Notes: generated by a model from the sequence alone, not told the origin. Positions 1 through 10,648 are shown, numbered from the stretch's first letter. The stretch is 64,000 nt of DNA from an uncultured Nitrospiraceae bacterium (GCA_963846575.1 CAWJWJ010000001.1:128001-192000), one strand, 5' to 3'. Numbers and translations: made by a program.

Positions 1-182
1 CCCGCCAGGGCCGACAGCAACAGCGTCATCCCCTCGCGAGTGGTCCCGCAGGATGTAGCCAGGTGCGCCGCCTGACGGCTGCCGGTCCCAATTGCCGTAA
101 AGACGCCCAGTTCGTTCCCGACGAGGAGCACCTTGGATTCGGCGTAGCCATTCGCCAGCCGCATCAACTCCCGGTAGGTCAC
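1..182 (-). CDS. O-methyltransferase family protein, N-terminal dimerisation region (partial, runs off window start)
   Basis: Not in the ORF track. GTG at 182-180 overlaps the upstream TGA (GTGA) and reads MTYRELMRLANGYAESKVLLVGNELGVFTAIG...LATSCGTTREGMTLLLSALA, typical of the O-methyltransferase wHTH/dimerisation domain. Confidence 0.7.
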   Translation of the reverse strand, partial: MTYRELMRLANGYAESKVLLVGNELGVFTAIGTGSRQAAHLATSCGTTREGMTLLLSALA

Positions 183-1183
183 GAGCCCTCCGGCGACGCT
201 TCACGCGGCTTCACGTCGAGGTCCAGCACCATTCCCCGGGTAAAGTGAGGGGTTCCGGTGACAGGATCCGCCAGGAAACAAATCAGTCCATATCGTCCCG
301 GCTCCACATTCAGGTGGACATAGGCCTCGCGCCCCGGGTCGATTCCGGTCATACCGCCCGCCTCCATGCCTGCCGGATTCGCCGCGCCCCCTGGCCGATA
401 GTCCGCGATGAACTCCTGCGTCGATGCTCCGTTGACCAGACGGATGAGCACCAGCTCGTGGGCTTGCTTGCCATCATTCTTCACATGGAGGACCCTCGCG
501 CCCGATGTGAGCGGTTTACTCAACGAGAAGAAAAAATCGTTCAGAGATACCGTCGTATCACGGGATGGCGGAACGGCGGCGGACGAGCCGGCCTCCACCA
601 CTCGAAGGGGGCGCACCATCCCGCGCATGGCATGGGGGCGGCCTGTCGCATCGGGAATCCCGCACAGGAGCACGTATGTCCCCGGATCAAGTTTGATGGC
701 GACAGAGGCCTGGTTCCCCGGAGCGACGCTGTTCACGCCCCCGTAACGCCGCAACCAATTGGGGAGGCTCGGCATTCTCCCCGCCAAGGCCTGCTGCACG
801 TCCTCGGCAGTTTTTCCCGCAGGCAATCCCAGAAATTGGATCTGATGCACGTCGCGCCCGCGATTGACCAAGCGCACGGTCTGCCATCCGGCCTCCATCT
901 GCTCCGGACCGGTGAAGACATATTCCTCCGCCGTAAAAGACTGCACCTCAGCCTGGGCCGGATTTCCCACCAGCAGCAGCACTGCAAGGGTAGAGACGGA
1001 CCAGGCCCAGCGGATCATCACGGCGCGCAGGAGGGAGGCTCCTGGATGTGACTCGCCATGTCGTAATGGCATCAGGCGTTTATCCCGGACAATCATTTCA
1101 TCCCTTCGCCGGCCTAAGCCGGGCGCAGTCTCTGACCTCCGCGTGCCAGGATCCGGTTGCAACGCTGTCGTTCTCACGGTCAT
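179..1183 (-). CDS. Exported protein with two cupredoxin-like domains
   Basis: Two internal repeats, each with H...C-x9/10-H-x4-M (VHQ...LLCGIPDATGRPHAMRGM; AHE...LICFLADPVTGTPHFTRGM). Signal peptide ends in PAQA. The true start may be 1096 or 1018. Confidence 0.75.
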   Translation of the reverse strand: MTVRTTALQPDPGTRRSETAPGLGRRRDEMIVRDKRLMPLRHGESHPGASLLRAVMIRWAWSVSTLAVLLLVGNPAQAEVQSFTAEEYVFTGPEQMEAGWQTVRLVNRGRDVHQIQFLGLPAGKTAEDVQQALAGRMPSLPNWLRRYGGVNSVAPGNQASVAIKLDPGTYVLLCGIPDATGRPHAMRGMVRPLRVVEAGSSAAVPPSRDTTVSLNDFFFSLSKPLTSGARVLHVKNDGKQAHELVLIRLVNGASTQEFIADYRPGGAANPAGMEAGGMTGIDPGREAYVHLNVEPGRYGLICFLADPVTGTPHFTRGMVLDLDVKPREASPEGS

Positions 1184-1671
1184 GAGTCCTTGGTCAACCG
1201 TTGGCGCGGCCGCAACAATCCGCGCAGCTGATCGATAAATTCACGCTGGCCGGACTGCAGTTTCATTCGTGCAGCGGGCAGATCGAACCAGGCTCCGCGA
1301 TCGACCTCAGGGAATTCACGGATTTTCCCCGACTTGGGCGGCCATTCCAGGGTGAACGTATTGCTGATCAGTGCGGCGGCATCGATGTCGCCTTCCACGG
1401 CCCAGGCCGAGATGACTTTTCCACTCGGTTGCTTCAGGGCGGCCAGGGGGAGAAACTCCCCTTCCACATCCACGCCGGTTTCCTCCTGAAACTCGCGTCT
1501 AGCGGCGGCGAGCGGGTCCGTAGCAGGATCATACTCACCCTTGGGAATCGACCAGGCCCCCTCATCCTTCTTAGCCCAGAAAGGTCCGCCGGGATGGACG
1601 AGAAAAACTTCCACTTCGTCGCCCTGGGTACGGTAGAGTAGGATTCCCGCGCTGAGTTTCTTAGAAGCCAC
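1180..1671 (-). CDS. NUDIX hydrolase
   Basis: Nudix box PKGEYDPATDPLAAARREFQEETG plus HPGGPFW and FPEVDR family motifs. Confidence 0.9.
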   Translation of the reverse strand: MASKKLSAGILLYRTQGDEVEVFLVHPGGPFWAKKDEGAWSIPKGEYDPATDPLAAARREFQEETGVDVEGEFLPLAALKQPSGKVISAWAVEGDIDAAALISNTFTLEWPPKSGKIREFPEVDRGAWFDLPAARMKLQSGQREFIDQLRGLLRPRQRLTKDS

Positions 1672-2168
1672 CGTTCACCCGCCGGGTCACCCACTTTCCC
1701 GACACAACAATAGATAACGCTGAACGACTACGTGGCTGTACCGGCTGCGATGTCGAGCGCCTCGCCCCAAAAGTATTCGACATACCGACCATACGGGTAG
1801 CGGGACCGGACCGAACAATGTGGCCGACAAGGACGACCGGTCACTGGTGGTGCTGGTCCAGTTGTCCATTCCACCCCCGGCTGACCGGTGGGTTGGTGTC
1901 TGGGGTGACCGACATGCGGATCCTGAGCGGGCGGGCGACCCTCGACCCCTGACTTCATCGGGCCTTTGAAGGTTGACCTGGAAACAAGCACAGAACCGTC
2001 GGCTAGTCGCGGCATGGCGCCTTCCATCGGCCGGCACAGATAGGGCCTGCGCGCCCCTCAGGCCTCAAGGTCGCTGGACGAGCGCCGACCATAGGATCAG
2101 CTCGCCGCTGAATGACGTCAGAACGATCCCGAATGGGCTGTCCTGGGCGCTCGCCGGCCGCGATACCG

Positions 2169-2552
2169 CTATCTGGAGTCAGGAATCTGTAAGGTGATGG
2201 CAATCGCGCGCCGGTCGTCCGTGATGTGGGCTACGATCTTGTCGCCGGTTTTCAAACGCCCGGACACGACTCCTTCAATCTTCGTCTCAGGAGTGACCCG
2301 CAGACGCTCTTCGTGACCGGAGAACTCCTTCACGACGAGTTCCCCCTCTTCCCAATAGAGCACATCAGCCTTGATCACCAGGGCTGCGGTCGTCTGGGAA
2401 TTCTCTGCGGCTGCTGCGGGGATGACTGCGATAAAGATGAGATAGAACGCGAGAAGAAGTGCCATCACCGACCCTCCCACAATTGTTGTTAGCCTACCGA
2501 TGCTGCGGACCCCTGTCAATTGAGCCGCGGCCGCCTGCCCCGAAAATTGCAT
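2169..2552 (-). CDS. Hypothetical exported protein
   Basis: Hydrophobic signal-like segment, then a small beta-rich domain (RLRVTPETKIEG...LKTGDKIVA). The start may be at the internal MALLLAF. Confidence 0.6.
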   Translation of the reverse strand: MQFSGQAAAAQLTGVRSIGRLTTIVGGSVMALLLAFYLIFIAVIPAAAAENSQTTAALVIKADVLYWEEGELVVKEFSGHEERLRVTPETKIEGVVSGRLKTGDKIVAHITDDRRAIAITLQIPDSR

Positions 2553-2683
2553 CTTCGCTGCTTTTGAAGAGATCGATCTCTGATGATGTCCCCCACAGGG
2601 TCACAAACAATCCGGTGTGACCGCTGTCGTCCTGAAAACTGGTCCTGACCGATATGTTTAAGACGGGCCCCCGCCCCTTCCTG

Positions 2684-3211
2684 TCACTCGTAGGTTCCGC
2701 GGATCGGATAATCATTTTCCTGAATCCATTGAACGGTGTCCAGCAACTCGTCGAGATCGGCTCGATTGAAGGGGGTGTTGGAAATCTCAATCAACTGGAC
2801 GTGGCCTTGAGCATTCACGGCAAACAGACCGGGCTCTGGAAAAGGTTGGTCCGTTTCTTCCGCCGACCTGGGATGGGAGATGTAGAGTCCCAATTCCTGC
2901 ATCTGGTCGATGGAGAGCCCATAGGCGACCGGCAGGGTCAATCCCGCAGCCTCAACCATGCCCGCTGCTTTGCTTTCCGGGTCACCGGATATTGCGACCA
3001 CCTCAGCTGCGCGGGCAAGAAAGCGCGCTTGCAGACGTTCAAGTTTGGCGAGATATTTCTTGCAGATAGGACAATGCAGCCCACGATAGACGAAGACCAG
3101 CTGCCAGTGCCCTTCCCGTTGCGCCCGGCCTAAGGTCACGGAGCCGCCGCCAAGGAGCGGAAGAGTCACAGCCGGCAGTCGACTGCCTGAGGAAAGTTTT
3201 GTTGTCGCCAT
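2684..3211 (-). CDS. Peroxiredoxin-like AhpC/TSA family protein
   Basis: [11 protein letters not shown] thioredoxin-fold motif, FPEPGLF, C-terminal YPIRGT; GGAG RBS. Confidence 0.88.
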   Translation of the reverse strand: MATTKLSSGSRLPAVTLPLLGGGSVTLGRAQREGHWQLVFVYRGLHCPICKKYLAKLERLQARFLARAAEVVAISGDPESKAAGMVEAAGLTLPVAYGLSIDQMQELGLYISHPRSAEETDQPFPEPGLFAVNAQGHVQLIEISNTPFNRADLDELLDTVQWIQENDYPIRGTYE

Positions 3212-3511
3212 AGACTCCCTCCGGAATACCTTCCGATCCCGAAAACGGTCTGATAAGCTTTCGCTCGAACAGTGCGCCCTACGCGACCGATCCTCGTGAT
3301 GTCAGGCAGGCGGCTACGAAGTAACGAGCCTCGCGAATGCGCCACCAGGCGGCAGCTTGAAGCCTGGCAGCACGCGTCGCACGGGAGACCATGCGACTGT
3401 CCCTAGCGACTTATCATTCCACAAACTTTTGCGCGATCCATGTAGCTGATTCCGCAACCCGGTTATGGTCATGCGCGCAAGCCGGCATCCGACTGCGTCG
3501 CAGTTGTGATC

Positions 3512-3832
3512 TTACTCCCCTTTTTCTTCTACGCCCCAACTGGTGACCACGACCTCCCGGCCCTTCGCTGCGCGGAGATGTTCCGCGACTCGTAAACCGA
3601 TGAATGCCGTTCCCAGGTCTTCCGGCGGGTGTCCATCAAGGAGTTCCGTCGACACCACCGCATCACGCAGCCCGTCGGCTGCGGCGGTTTCGATCCGAAA
3701 CACCTGTGCCATTCTGCCGGCATCGTAGGAATCACGAATCAAGGCGGTGGGAAACTCCTGCTGAAAGTATCCACGCACGGCCGCCAGTTTTTTCAACTCG
3801 GCCTCTGTGTTCGCATCCGGTCCCCAAGCCAT
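3512..3832 (-). CDS. Hypothetical protein
   Basis: 106 aa ORF with strong GGAGGAGG RBS and globular composition. Confidence 0.7.
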   Translation of the reverse strand: MAWGPDANTEAELKKLAAVRGYFQQEFPTALIRDSYDAGRMAQVFRIETAAADGLRDAVVSTELLDGHPPEDLGTAFIGLRVAEHLRAAKGREVVVTSWGVEEKGE

Positions 3833-4233
3833 GCCCTATCCTCCTCCGGCCTTCACAATACGTATTCGGTACGGCCTGCTCATGAGACTGCCGCCGCACC
3901 CTTCGCACGTCGCCTTCGTCGCTTGCACGCCCTCAGTCTGCGTCATAGAATTCTGCGCAGCATTCTATTGTGCCGGACAACCCGAGTCCATACCCCGAGA
4001 CGCCGTAAACCGGGGCTTGAACCGGAGATGCCCTTCCAATTCTGCCTGCCCTGCCGGCTAGCCTGAGTGACGACCACCTGGCCGCTCCGGCGCGACTCAT
4101 CCGCGCTTCCCCGCACCGGTCGGACCATTCCTCCGATTAACTCTTCTCAAGATCGCTGACCTGGAATCCCTGACCCATTACATTCGTGCCGCTCAACGGC
4201 AGGCGCTGGGTCCCGGCGGTTTCGGGTCGTCTT

Positions 4234-5394
4234 TCAGTCACGCTTCCGAAGAGCCATCTGGATCATCACTTCCCGAATCAACAACTCTAGCTCACGATTC
4301 ATCAAGACGATCGTTGCCCGCAACATATCCAGCATCTGTCCCCTGACGACCAGGTCACTGCTCCGATAGGTACCGCCGTCGGCAAATAAGAGCTGGATGC
4401 GCCGATGTTCTTCTTCAGACCCCGCGGCCCCGAGACGGCCCTCCTGCCTCCAGCCGTTGATCAGTTCCTGCCGGAACGTCAACTGCTTCTCGTCCTGTTC
4501 ATTGATCTGACGGTTCAGAAACTCCCAGACGGAGGGTGGGATGTATAAGGGCTTCTCGGAATCCTCCCAGACTTCGCGCAAGACATTATCCGGATGCTCG
4601 AAATGTTGCTCGCTTTCCTGGTAGAGCGCGGAGATACCTAGGCCGCCTGCAATCGTGCCTCCCACGACGCCCACAATCCCCTCGCCAACCGATTCAGCAA
4701 GACTCAGCCCGCCGCTCGCAACCGCAGCCGCCCCACCGATAATCACCGCCCAGAGGGTCTGTTGCTTGATGCGTGCCTGCTCGGAATTCTTGAGGCGGTC
4801 GGCGACCTGGTAGGTCCGTTCAATTTCACAGCTCACGTGAGCGGCGCTACTGGACACGGCAATCATTGCCAGAAGCACACGTCCAAGGACTTCCTGGCGC
4901 AGTGCCAGAATCTTGATCTGACGCGAGGCATCGAGCAGAGGGAGTTCCTCGACCAACTCCAGTTGATTGATGAGTGGAAGCACGTCGATCGCATGCGCCG
5001 TTTTGATGGCCCGCCAGGAAAAGGTTCTGGGCATACGCCCCTCGGCTTCACGAACGAGCGGATCCTCCTTCGCCTGGTCGATAACATCGAGTGCCACACG
5101 CCTGAGCTGCTGATCCCCTTCGGCCGGCACACAACGGCGTTCATTGGTTTGCGTCGTCCGTCGTTCAGAATAACCGGTCGTCAGTGCACACCCGGAGCTG
5201 GCCATGAGCAAGGCCGTGATCAACAGCCAGGGGGTCCGGACAGACCGGATCCTCCCCCGCTTCTCAGGACGGGTGAGAGCCGTGAGCGACCAGGAATTGG
5301 GACCGCCGGGCGGAGAACGCTCACTGGGAGCAGAGTGGCAGCCCCTCCCCTCCGGGCATCGAGACTCGGACGTTGCTGGCGCGATCAACCCCAT
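4234..5394 (-). CDS. Hypothetical lipoprotein/membrane protein
   Basis: Lipobox-like LLMASSGC, helical domain and Gly-rich double hydrophobic segment. The true start is probably downstream of the ORF start (~5240). Confidence 0.7.
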   Translation of the reverse strand: MGLIAPATSESRCPEGRGCHSAPSERSPPGGPNSWSLTALTRPEKRGRIRSVRTPWLLITALLMASSGCALTTGYSERRTTQTNERRCVPAEGDQQLRRVALDVIDQAKEDPLVREAEGRMPRTFSWRAIKTAHAIDVLPLINQLELVEELPLLDASRQIKILALRQEVLGRVLLAMIAVSSSAAHVSCEIERTYQVADRLKNSEQARIKQQTLWAVIIGGAAAVASGGLSLAESVGEGIVGVVGGTIAGGLGISALYQESEQHFEHPDNVLREVWEDSEKPLYIPPSVWEFLNRQINEQDEKQLTFRQELINGWRQEGRLGAAGSEEEHRRIQLLFADGGTYRSSDLVVRGQMLDMLRATIVLMNRELELLIREVMIQMALRKRD

Positions 5395-5778
5395 TCTACG
5401 GTGACTCTACCTTCCCGACCGGGCCGCGCGGCTGAATTTCCGCTCCACCTCACGCTCCATGGTCATAGCGCGCCTCTCGCGGTCGCTCTATACTGGTGGA
5501 AGGCCCAGCCTACGTAACACACCGGCCTCTGTCAATCATCTCCCGATGGTTCGGACGTACAAGGGATCTGAACCTTACAGCGAGTGATCCGACGCTGCCG
5601 TCGTCGCGCTGTCCCGGGCGATGCCACGAAACTGTCCTCGCTCAACCGGCCAACCCTGCACCCACATCGAATGACTGCTGGCTCCCCGTCAGACAGCGGC
5701 TCAAAGGGCTTGATCTCGACCGCGGAGACATGCTTGACTGGCTCGTCATTCACTCTTTCCGCATCATGGAGGGTTTGC

Positions 5779-6282
5779 ATGCCGCGAGGAATTTACCGCA
5801 CTCTGTACGTGTTCATCGTTCTTTTCTTTTCTATTTCAGCTCAAGCCGCCGATGCTCCAGACACCAGTCTCTCTCCTCTCAAGTTCCTCGTCGGGGAATG
5901 GAAAGGAACCGACGCGGATGGAAAGGCCTATCAAACGACCTATGCCTTAAGCTCGGGAGGCACCAGCCTCACCGAGACCCTCACCCCGCCCGATAGCCCA
6001 CCCATGACGACCATGTACTACAGCGACGGCGACCACCTGATGTTGACGCACTACTGCTCTCTCAATAACCAGCCGCGCATGCGCGCCGGGGCCATCAAAG
6101 ACGGAGACCGGAACGTCACCTTCACATTCATGGACGCCACCAATCTCAGAAATCCGACCGATGTTCATATGCGGCAGTTGGTGATCGAGGTCAGGGACCA
6201 CGATCATTTTGCCCAGACCTGGACCTTGAGCAAGGCCGGGAAAGATGTGCCGAAGATTTTTACGTTTGAGCGCGTGAAATAA
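5779..6282 (+). CDS. Hypothetical exported beta-barrel-like protein
   Basis: GGAGGG RBS before ATG 5779; signal peptide ending AQA; LKFLVGEWKG and LMLTHYCSLNNQPRM motifs. Confidence 0.8.
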   Translation: MPRGIYRTLYVFIVLFFSISAQAADAPDTSLSPLKFLVGEWKGTDADGKAYQTTYALSSGGTSLTETLTPPDSPPMTTMYYSDGDHLMLTHYCSLNNQPRMRAGAIKDGDRNVTFTFMDATNLRNPTDVHMRQLVIEVRDHDHFAQTWTLSKAGKDVPKIFTFERVK

Positions 6283-6324
6283 CGCGTGTGATGTGCGGCT
6301 ATTGAGCCGTCAGGAGGATACCCG

Positions 6325-7188
6325 ATGCCGACACCAACCCCCGCCGAGGTGATTGAGGCCCAACGTCAGGATTGGAATCGAGTCGCGAGTGGATGGGACA
6401 AATGGGACAACTATTTCAGCCGCAACATGACCTTCATCAACCATCGGCTGGTGGCGGACGCGCGGTTGCGGCCCGGCATGCGGGTCCTGGATCTCGGGTC
6501 CGGGACCGGATATCCCGCCATACTTGCCGGGGACGTGGTGGGATCCGACGGATCGGTCGTGGGAATCGACCTTGCCGAATCCATGCTGGCGGTGGCCACA
6601 AGAAAAGCCAAGGCGCGGGGAATGCAGCATGTCACCTTTCGCACGGGCGATGTCACCACGCTTCCGTTCGATGCCGCCTCGTTTGATGCGGTGATCAGCC
6701 GATTTTGTCTGATGTTCCTGCCGGAGATTCCCAAGGCCTTGAAAGACATTGCTCGGGTGCTCAAACCCGGTGGCTATATTGCGGCCGCCGTGTGGTCGTC
6801 GCCGGACAAGAATCCCTTCCTTCGGGTTCCGATGGATGTCATCAAAACCATCACCCCGTTGCCCCCGCCTGATCCGGAAGCACCCGGAATCTTTCGACTG
6901 GCTAAGCCGGGGGATTTGACGGCGATGATGGAGCGGGCCGGCTTCGCACCGTTGAGCGAAGAAGAATTTGTGGCGGACGTGACCTATGCCACGGCGGACG
7001 AGTTTTTCAGCAGTTTGATGGATATCGCCGCGCCGATCCAAAATTTATTGGGAACCCTGGCTTCTGACCAGAAGACAAAAGCCGAGCGTGGCATCATTGA
7101 GGCGGTGAATCAGTACCGGCATCAGGGGCGGATCGTCCTGCCCATCGCTGTCCGGACGGTCGCAGCACGAAAGCCTTCGGCCTCGTAG
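6325..7188 (+). CDS. Class I SAM-dependent methyltransferase (UbiE-like fold)
   Basis: VLDLGSGTG, FDAVISRF and RVLKPGG motifs; AGGAGG RBS. Confidence 0.9.
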   Translation: MPTPTPAEVIEAQRQDWNRVASGWDKWDNYFSRNMTFINHRLVADARLRPGMRVLDLGSGTGYPAILAGDVVGSDGSVVGIDLAESMLAVATRKAKARGMQHVTFRTGDVTTLPFDAASFDAVISRFCLMFLPEIPKALKDIARVLKPGGYIAAAVWSSPDKNPFLRVPMDVIKTITPLPPPDPEAPGIFRLAKPGDLTAMMERAGFAPLSEEEFVADVTYATADEFFSSLMDIAAPIQNLLGTLASDQKTKAERGIIEAVNQYRHQGRIVLPIAVRTVAARKPSAS

Positions 7189-7194
7189 GAACTG

Positions 7195-7228
7195 AAAACC
7201 ACCCCGCCGCCGGTTCCGGCGGCGGGGT
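7195..7228. terminator. Intrinsic terminator between convergent genes
   Basis: Perfect 12-bp stem ACCCCGCCGCCG-gttc-CGGCGGCGGGGT (7201-7228), followed by a short T tract on the minus strand. Confidence 0.8.
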
Positions 7229-7244
7229 AACCGGCTCCGGAAGG

Positions 7245-7523
7245 CTAGTCCTTCATCTTCTCTTTCATTTCGTTCATCTTGCCCTTCGCCCGCTCGCCCG
7301 TGCCTTTGATATCCCCCTTGGCTCGCTCCATGGCGGCCTTTGCATCGTTGCCCTTCATTTCTTCTTTCATTCCCTTGGCTTCGCCCTTCATTTCCTCCGC
7401 ATCGGCCTTCATCTCGCCCTTAGCCTTCTCAATTTTGGCCTTTGTCTCGCCGGCTCCGGCATACAAAGTCAATCCTGCCATCATGCAAAAACCGACAACT
7501 GCCGCTGTCATGAATATACGCAT
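7245..7523 (-). CDS. Small exported Lys/Glu-rich protein, CsbD/LEA-like
   Basis: Signal peptide, then repeated KGE(M/A)K helical units; GGAGG RBS. Confidence 0.75.
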   Translation of the reverse strand: MRIFMTAAVVGFCMMAGLTLYAGAGETKAKIEKAKGEMKADAEEMKGEAKGMKEEMKGNDAKAAMERAKGDIKGTGERAKGKMNEMKEKMKD

Positions 7524-7871
7524 CCTGTCCTCCAGTGAGATAAATGGGTGTGGGTCGTCTTAGTGTCCTCGTTCACTTGTATCGCCATCCCAGATCACCT
7601 GATACTAGAGAAACCCCTGGACACCCGATCCAAGTTCACGAGCCTGTTGGAAAGGGGTTACGAGGTTTCCACGGACGAGAACACAAGGTTGTGTACGGTT
7701 CCTGTTCCTGATGGTCGGCACGATTGCCCGCGGTCGTATTGTTTCGAGTGATGACGGTCGGAAACCAGATTTGCCGGGTTCGATTTGCCATCGGCATGCT
7801 GTTGCTCCAGCTACACCCGTTGTCGAGGCGCACCCGTCCCATCACCTGACGAGTCGCTGGAGATAGATGCC

Positions 7872-9407
7872 TTAGGCCCGCCGCCGCGTAAACAAGTCGG
7901 TCACGGTCTGAATCGTATCCGCCTGTTCAACGGACTTATCCGGGCGATATCGCTTGACCCTGGCGAATCTTAGCGCGAGGCCACCGGGGTAACGGGGGGA
8001 TTCCTGCACGTCGCTGAAGGCAATTTCGGCCACCAGTTCCGGCCTGACATATACGGTGTATTCGTCGCGGTGGGTTTCGAGAGAGAGCAGCTTCTCCGTC
8101 TGCCAGCGTAACAGGTCATCGGTCAGGCCTTTGAACGTTTTGCCCAGCATCACGATGTGGCCGCTGCCGGCGTCCCGCGCGCCGAAGTGGAGATTCGACA
8201 ACCGGCCTTTTCGCCGGCCATGCCCCCATTCGGCAGCTACCACGACGAGATCGAGCGTCGTGGCTTCTTTCAACTTCAACCAATGGGCTCCGCGCTGCCC
8301 GGCCTGATAATCAGCCGTGAGCGATTTCGCCATGATTCCTTCATGGCCGGCTCCTAACGCCTGTTGAAAAAACTGCCTGGCCTCCTCGGCACGCTTCGTC
8401 ACGAGGTATGGCACTATGGCGGCAGGGGCGGCTTCGATGAGGGCTGCACGACGTGCACGATAGGGACTGGCGACCATTGAAGACCCGTCCAGGTACAGCA
8501 AATCGAACAGAAAAGGAGACAGGGGGATTTCGGTCCTGAGCCCCTCGACCTCCCTGCTCCGGCCCAACCGCCGCATGGTGACCTGAAAGGGGTGCGGCCG
8601 GCCATCGGGGCGCAATGCCAACACCTCTCCGTCTAACACCGCCTCACGCATCGGCAGCGTTCGCGCCCACTCCACTAGATCAGGCAACCGATCAGTGACA
8701 TCCTGCAACTGCCGCGTGAAGAGACGGACGTCCTGGCCGCCCTTATGCACCTGGATACGCGCGCCGTCGAGCTTGTACTCCAACGCCGCTTCATTGAGGC
8801 GCGCCAAGGCCTCCTCGACATCGTCCGCGCTACCTGCCAGCATGGGTGAAACCGGGTGGAAGAGACGCAACGTAAAGCGGTCCAGGCCATCAGACCCGTC
8901 CTCCAACGCCGCACGCGCGACCTCGCCGATCCGGCCGGAATACATGAAGGCCCGACGAATGTTCTCCGGTATTCGACCGGCGGCCATCGCGATGGCATCG
9001 AGCAGCAACCCTTCCAAGACGCCCTGGCGAATTTCGCCAACGACCAGCCGGGTAAGAAACTGGCGTTCGTCCGGCGTCGCCCGAACGAAGAGCCGTCCGA
9101 GTTGAACCATTTTTCGCTCGTTCGAACCAGCCCCGCGCTCTGCCGCGACTGCGGCGAAGGCCCGATCGACATCGCCGAGGGACAGCGGTTCGCCGATTGC
9201 CGGTCCCTCCGCCATGATTTTTTGAAGCACCGTCCAGCCCACGCCGATCTTTCCCTGCGGCAGCAATCCGCAGAGGTAGAGGGCCGCCAGTTCTGTATCG
9301 TGCCCCTGCGTCTGCCCCAAGAGCTCCGCAAGGAGACGCACTTTCTCGGTTTTCTTAGGGCTCGTGCGAACCCGCGCAACCACCCTCATGAACTGTGCGA
9401 GATCCAT
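7872..9407 (-). CDS. ATP-dependent DNA ligase
   Basis: Adenylation motif EYKLDG, VLDGE, EGIMAK, WLKLK, ALRFARV. Confidence 0.95.
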   Translation of the reverse strand: MDLAQFMRVVARVRTSPKKTEKVRLLAELLGQTQGHDTELAALYLCGLLPQGKIGVGWTVLQKIMAEGPAIGEPLSLGDVDRAFAAVAAERGAGSNERKMVQLGRLFVRATPDERQFLTRLVVGEIRQGVLEGLLLDAIAMAAGRIPENIRRAFMYSGRIGEVARAALEDGSDGLDRFTLRLFHPVSPMLAGSADDVEEALARLNEAALEYKLDGARIQVHKGGQDVRLFTRQLQDVTDRLPDLVEWARTLPMREAVLDGEVLALRPDGRPHPFQVTMRRLGRSREVEGLRTEIPLSPFLFDLLYLDGSSMVASPYRARRAALIEAAPAAIVPYLVTKRAEEARQFFQQALGAGHEGIMAKSLTADYQAGQRGAHWLKLKEATTLDLVVVAAEWGHGRRKGRLSNLHFGARDAGSGHIVMLGKTFKGLTDDLLRWQTEKLLSLETHRDEYTVYVRPELVAEIAFSDVQESPRYPGGLALRFARVKRYRPDKSVEQADTIQTVTDLFTRRRA

Positions 9408-9587
9408 GATGCACTCTACCGGCTCGGCGCGGCACGAACAAGCCCGATCCTGTCTCTTCGATCCGGCGGGCTACGTGGCAGTACCCTGTGGTGGCAGTCA
9501 TCCGCGGGAAAAGAGAGTTGAATTAGGCGGCAGAATCACCCAAGCTGGATCAAAACAGGCATGCCACTCATATCCAAGGAGGCTTCT

Positions 9588-10022
9588 ATGCGACAGGTTC
9601 TACTCGCCGGCGTGATCGGTCTGGTGATGCTCAGCACCAGCGGATGTAGCTATCTCTTTTACCCCCATGCCAAGGAATTCACCGCAAAGGCCAAGGGCGA
9701 GAACACGGCCGAGACCCTGATCAATCTGGCTAACATGATGGAAGCCAGCGCCAAAGCCGGGCGAGCCGGCAAGGGGGACGATCAAGCCTTCACTGATCTC
9801 CACAATCAGTTGCATGCCTTCGACGACACGCTCGGTTGCATCGAAAGAGAAAAGCGGGATACGGCGGCCTATTCGCTCACGGTGACACATAACAAGGAGC
9901 TCTGGGCGATTTTTAAGCGGGTCTGGAAATTTAAGGACGACCAACCCCAACGCAGCCAACACCTGGACCTGTTCGCAACAGAGGTACGAGAACTCCGCGA
10001 TTCCGTGCAGGCATTGAAATGA
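9588..10022 (+). CDS. Hypothetical lipoprotein
   Basis: AAGGAGG RBS; lipobox LSTSGC; helical domain. Confidence 0.8.
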   Translation: MRQVLLAGVIGLVMLSTSGCSYLFYPHAKEFTAKAKGENTAETLINLANMMEASAKAGRAGKGDDQAFTDLHNQLHAFDDTLGCIEREKRDTAAYSLTVTHNKELWAIFKRVWKFKDDQPQRSQHLDLFATEVRELRDSVQALK

Positions 10023-10218
10023 TTCGCGCAATGTTGCAGAGTGCGTCACGCCGGATGCGGCCGGCGTGACGCACCGACTGCAACAGCACCGTTGCGCCGG
10101 GAACGCTTCACGAACGTGTTACACACCCCCTCATGATCCGCAATCGATCGTCCGACAGGCAATGATCGATTGCGATGGGTCGGTCTTGTTTTATCCGCAG
10201 GCCTGGCAGGAGCATCGA

Positions 10219-10632
10219 ATGGGGTCGCCTCGGCGCAGGCGCGGTGACAACTTCAGGGATTTTGTGCTGGACCAGCTGAGCGCGATGCCGGACCTCACCG
10301 GCAAAGCCATGTTCGGCGGCTATGGCCTCTACCACGGAGCCAGCTTTTTCGGCATCATCCACAAGGGCCGCCTCTTTTTCAAAACCCATGACCTGACGCA
10401 GCCGCTCTATAGGTCGCGGGGCATGGAACCGTTCCGTCCCGGGGCGCGGCAGACGCTCGCCCGATATTACGAGGTGCCAGTAGATATTCTTGAGGATCCG
10501 CGGGATCTGACAGCCTGGGCTCGCCATGCCGCCATCGCACCCAGTGCCCAGCTCATGCTCCCGTTCAACGCTCCACCGACGAACGGCTTCAGCTATGAAG
10601 ACCTGACCCTGATACAGGGGTCAGAACCATAA
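10219..10632 (+). CDS. TfoX/Sxy N-terminal domain protein
   Basis: KAMFGGYGLY...FFGII...LFFK...YYEVP motif; AGGAG RBS. Confidence 0.85.
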   Translation: MGSPRRRRGDNFRDFVLDQLSAMPDLTGKAMFGGYGLYHGASFFGIIHKGRLFFKTHDLTQPLYRSRGMEPFRPGARQTLARYYEVPVDILEDPRDLTAWARHAAIAPSAQLMLPFNAPPTNGFSYEDLTLIQGSEP

Positions 10633-10648
10633 TGGTGGGGAGCCCGGC

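Noticed and set aside
1687..2168. Short ORFs 1728-2027 and 1687-2037
   Set aside because: Pro/Arg-rich, with no clear RBS or recognisable domain; cannot be supported as genes.
2575..2615. CTGATGA as a hammerhead ribozyme core
   Set aside because: The following stem is not followed by GAAA and there is no closing cleavage-site helix.
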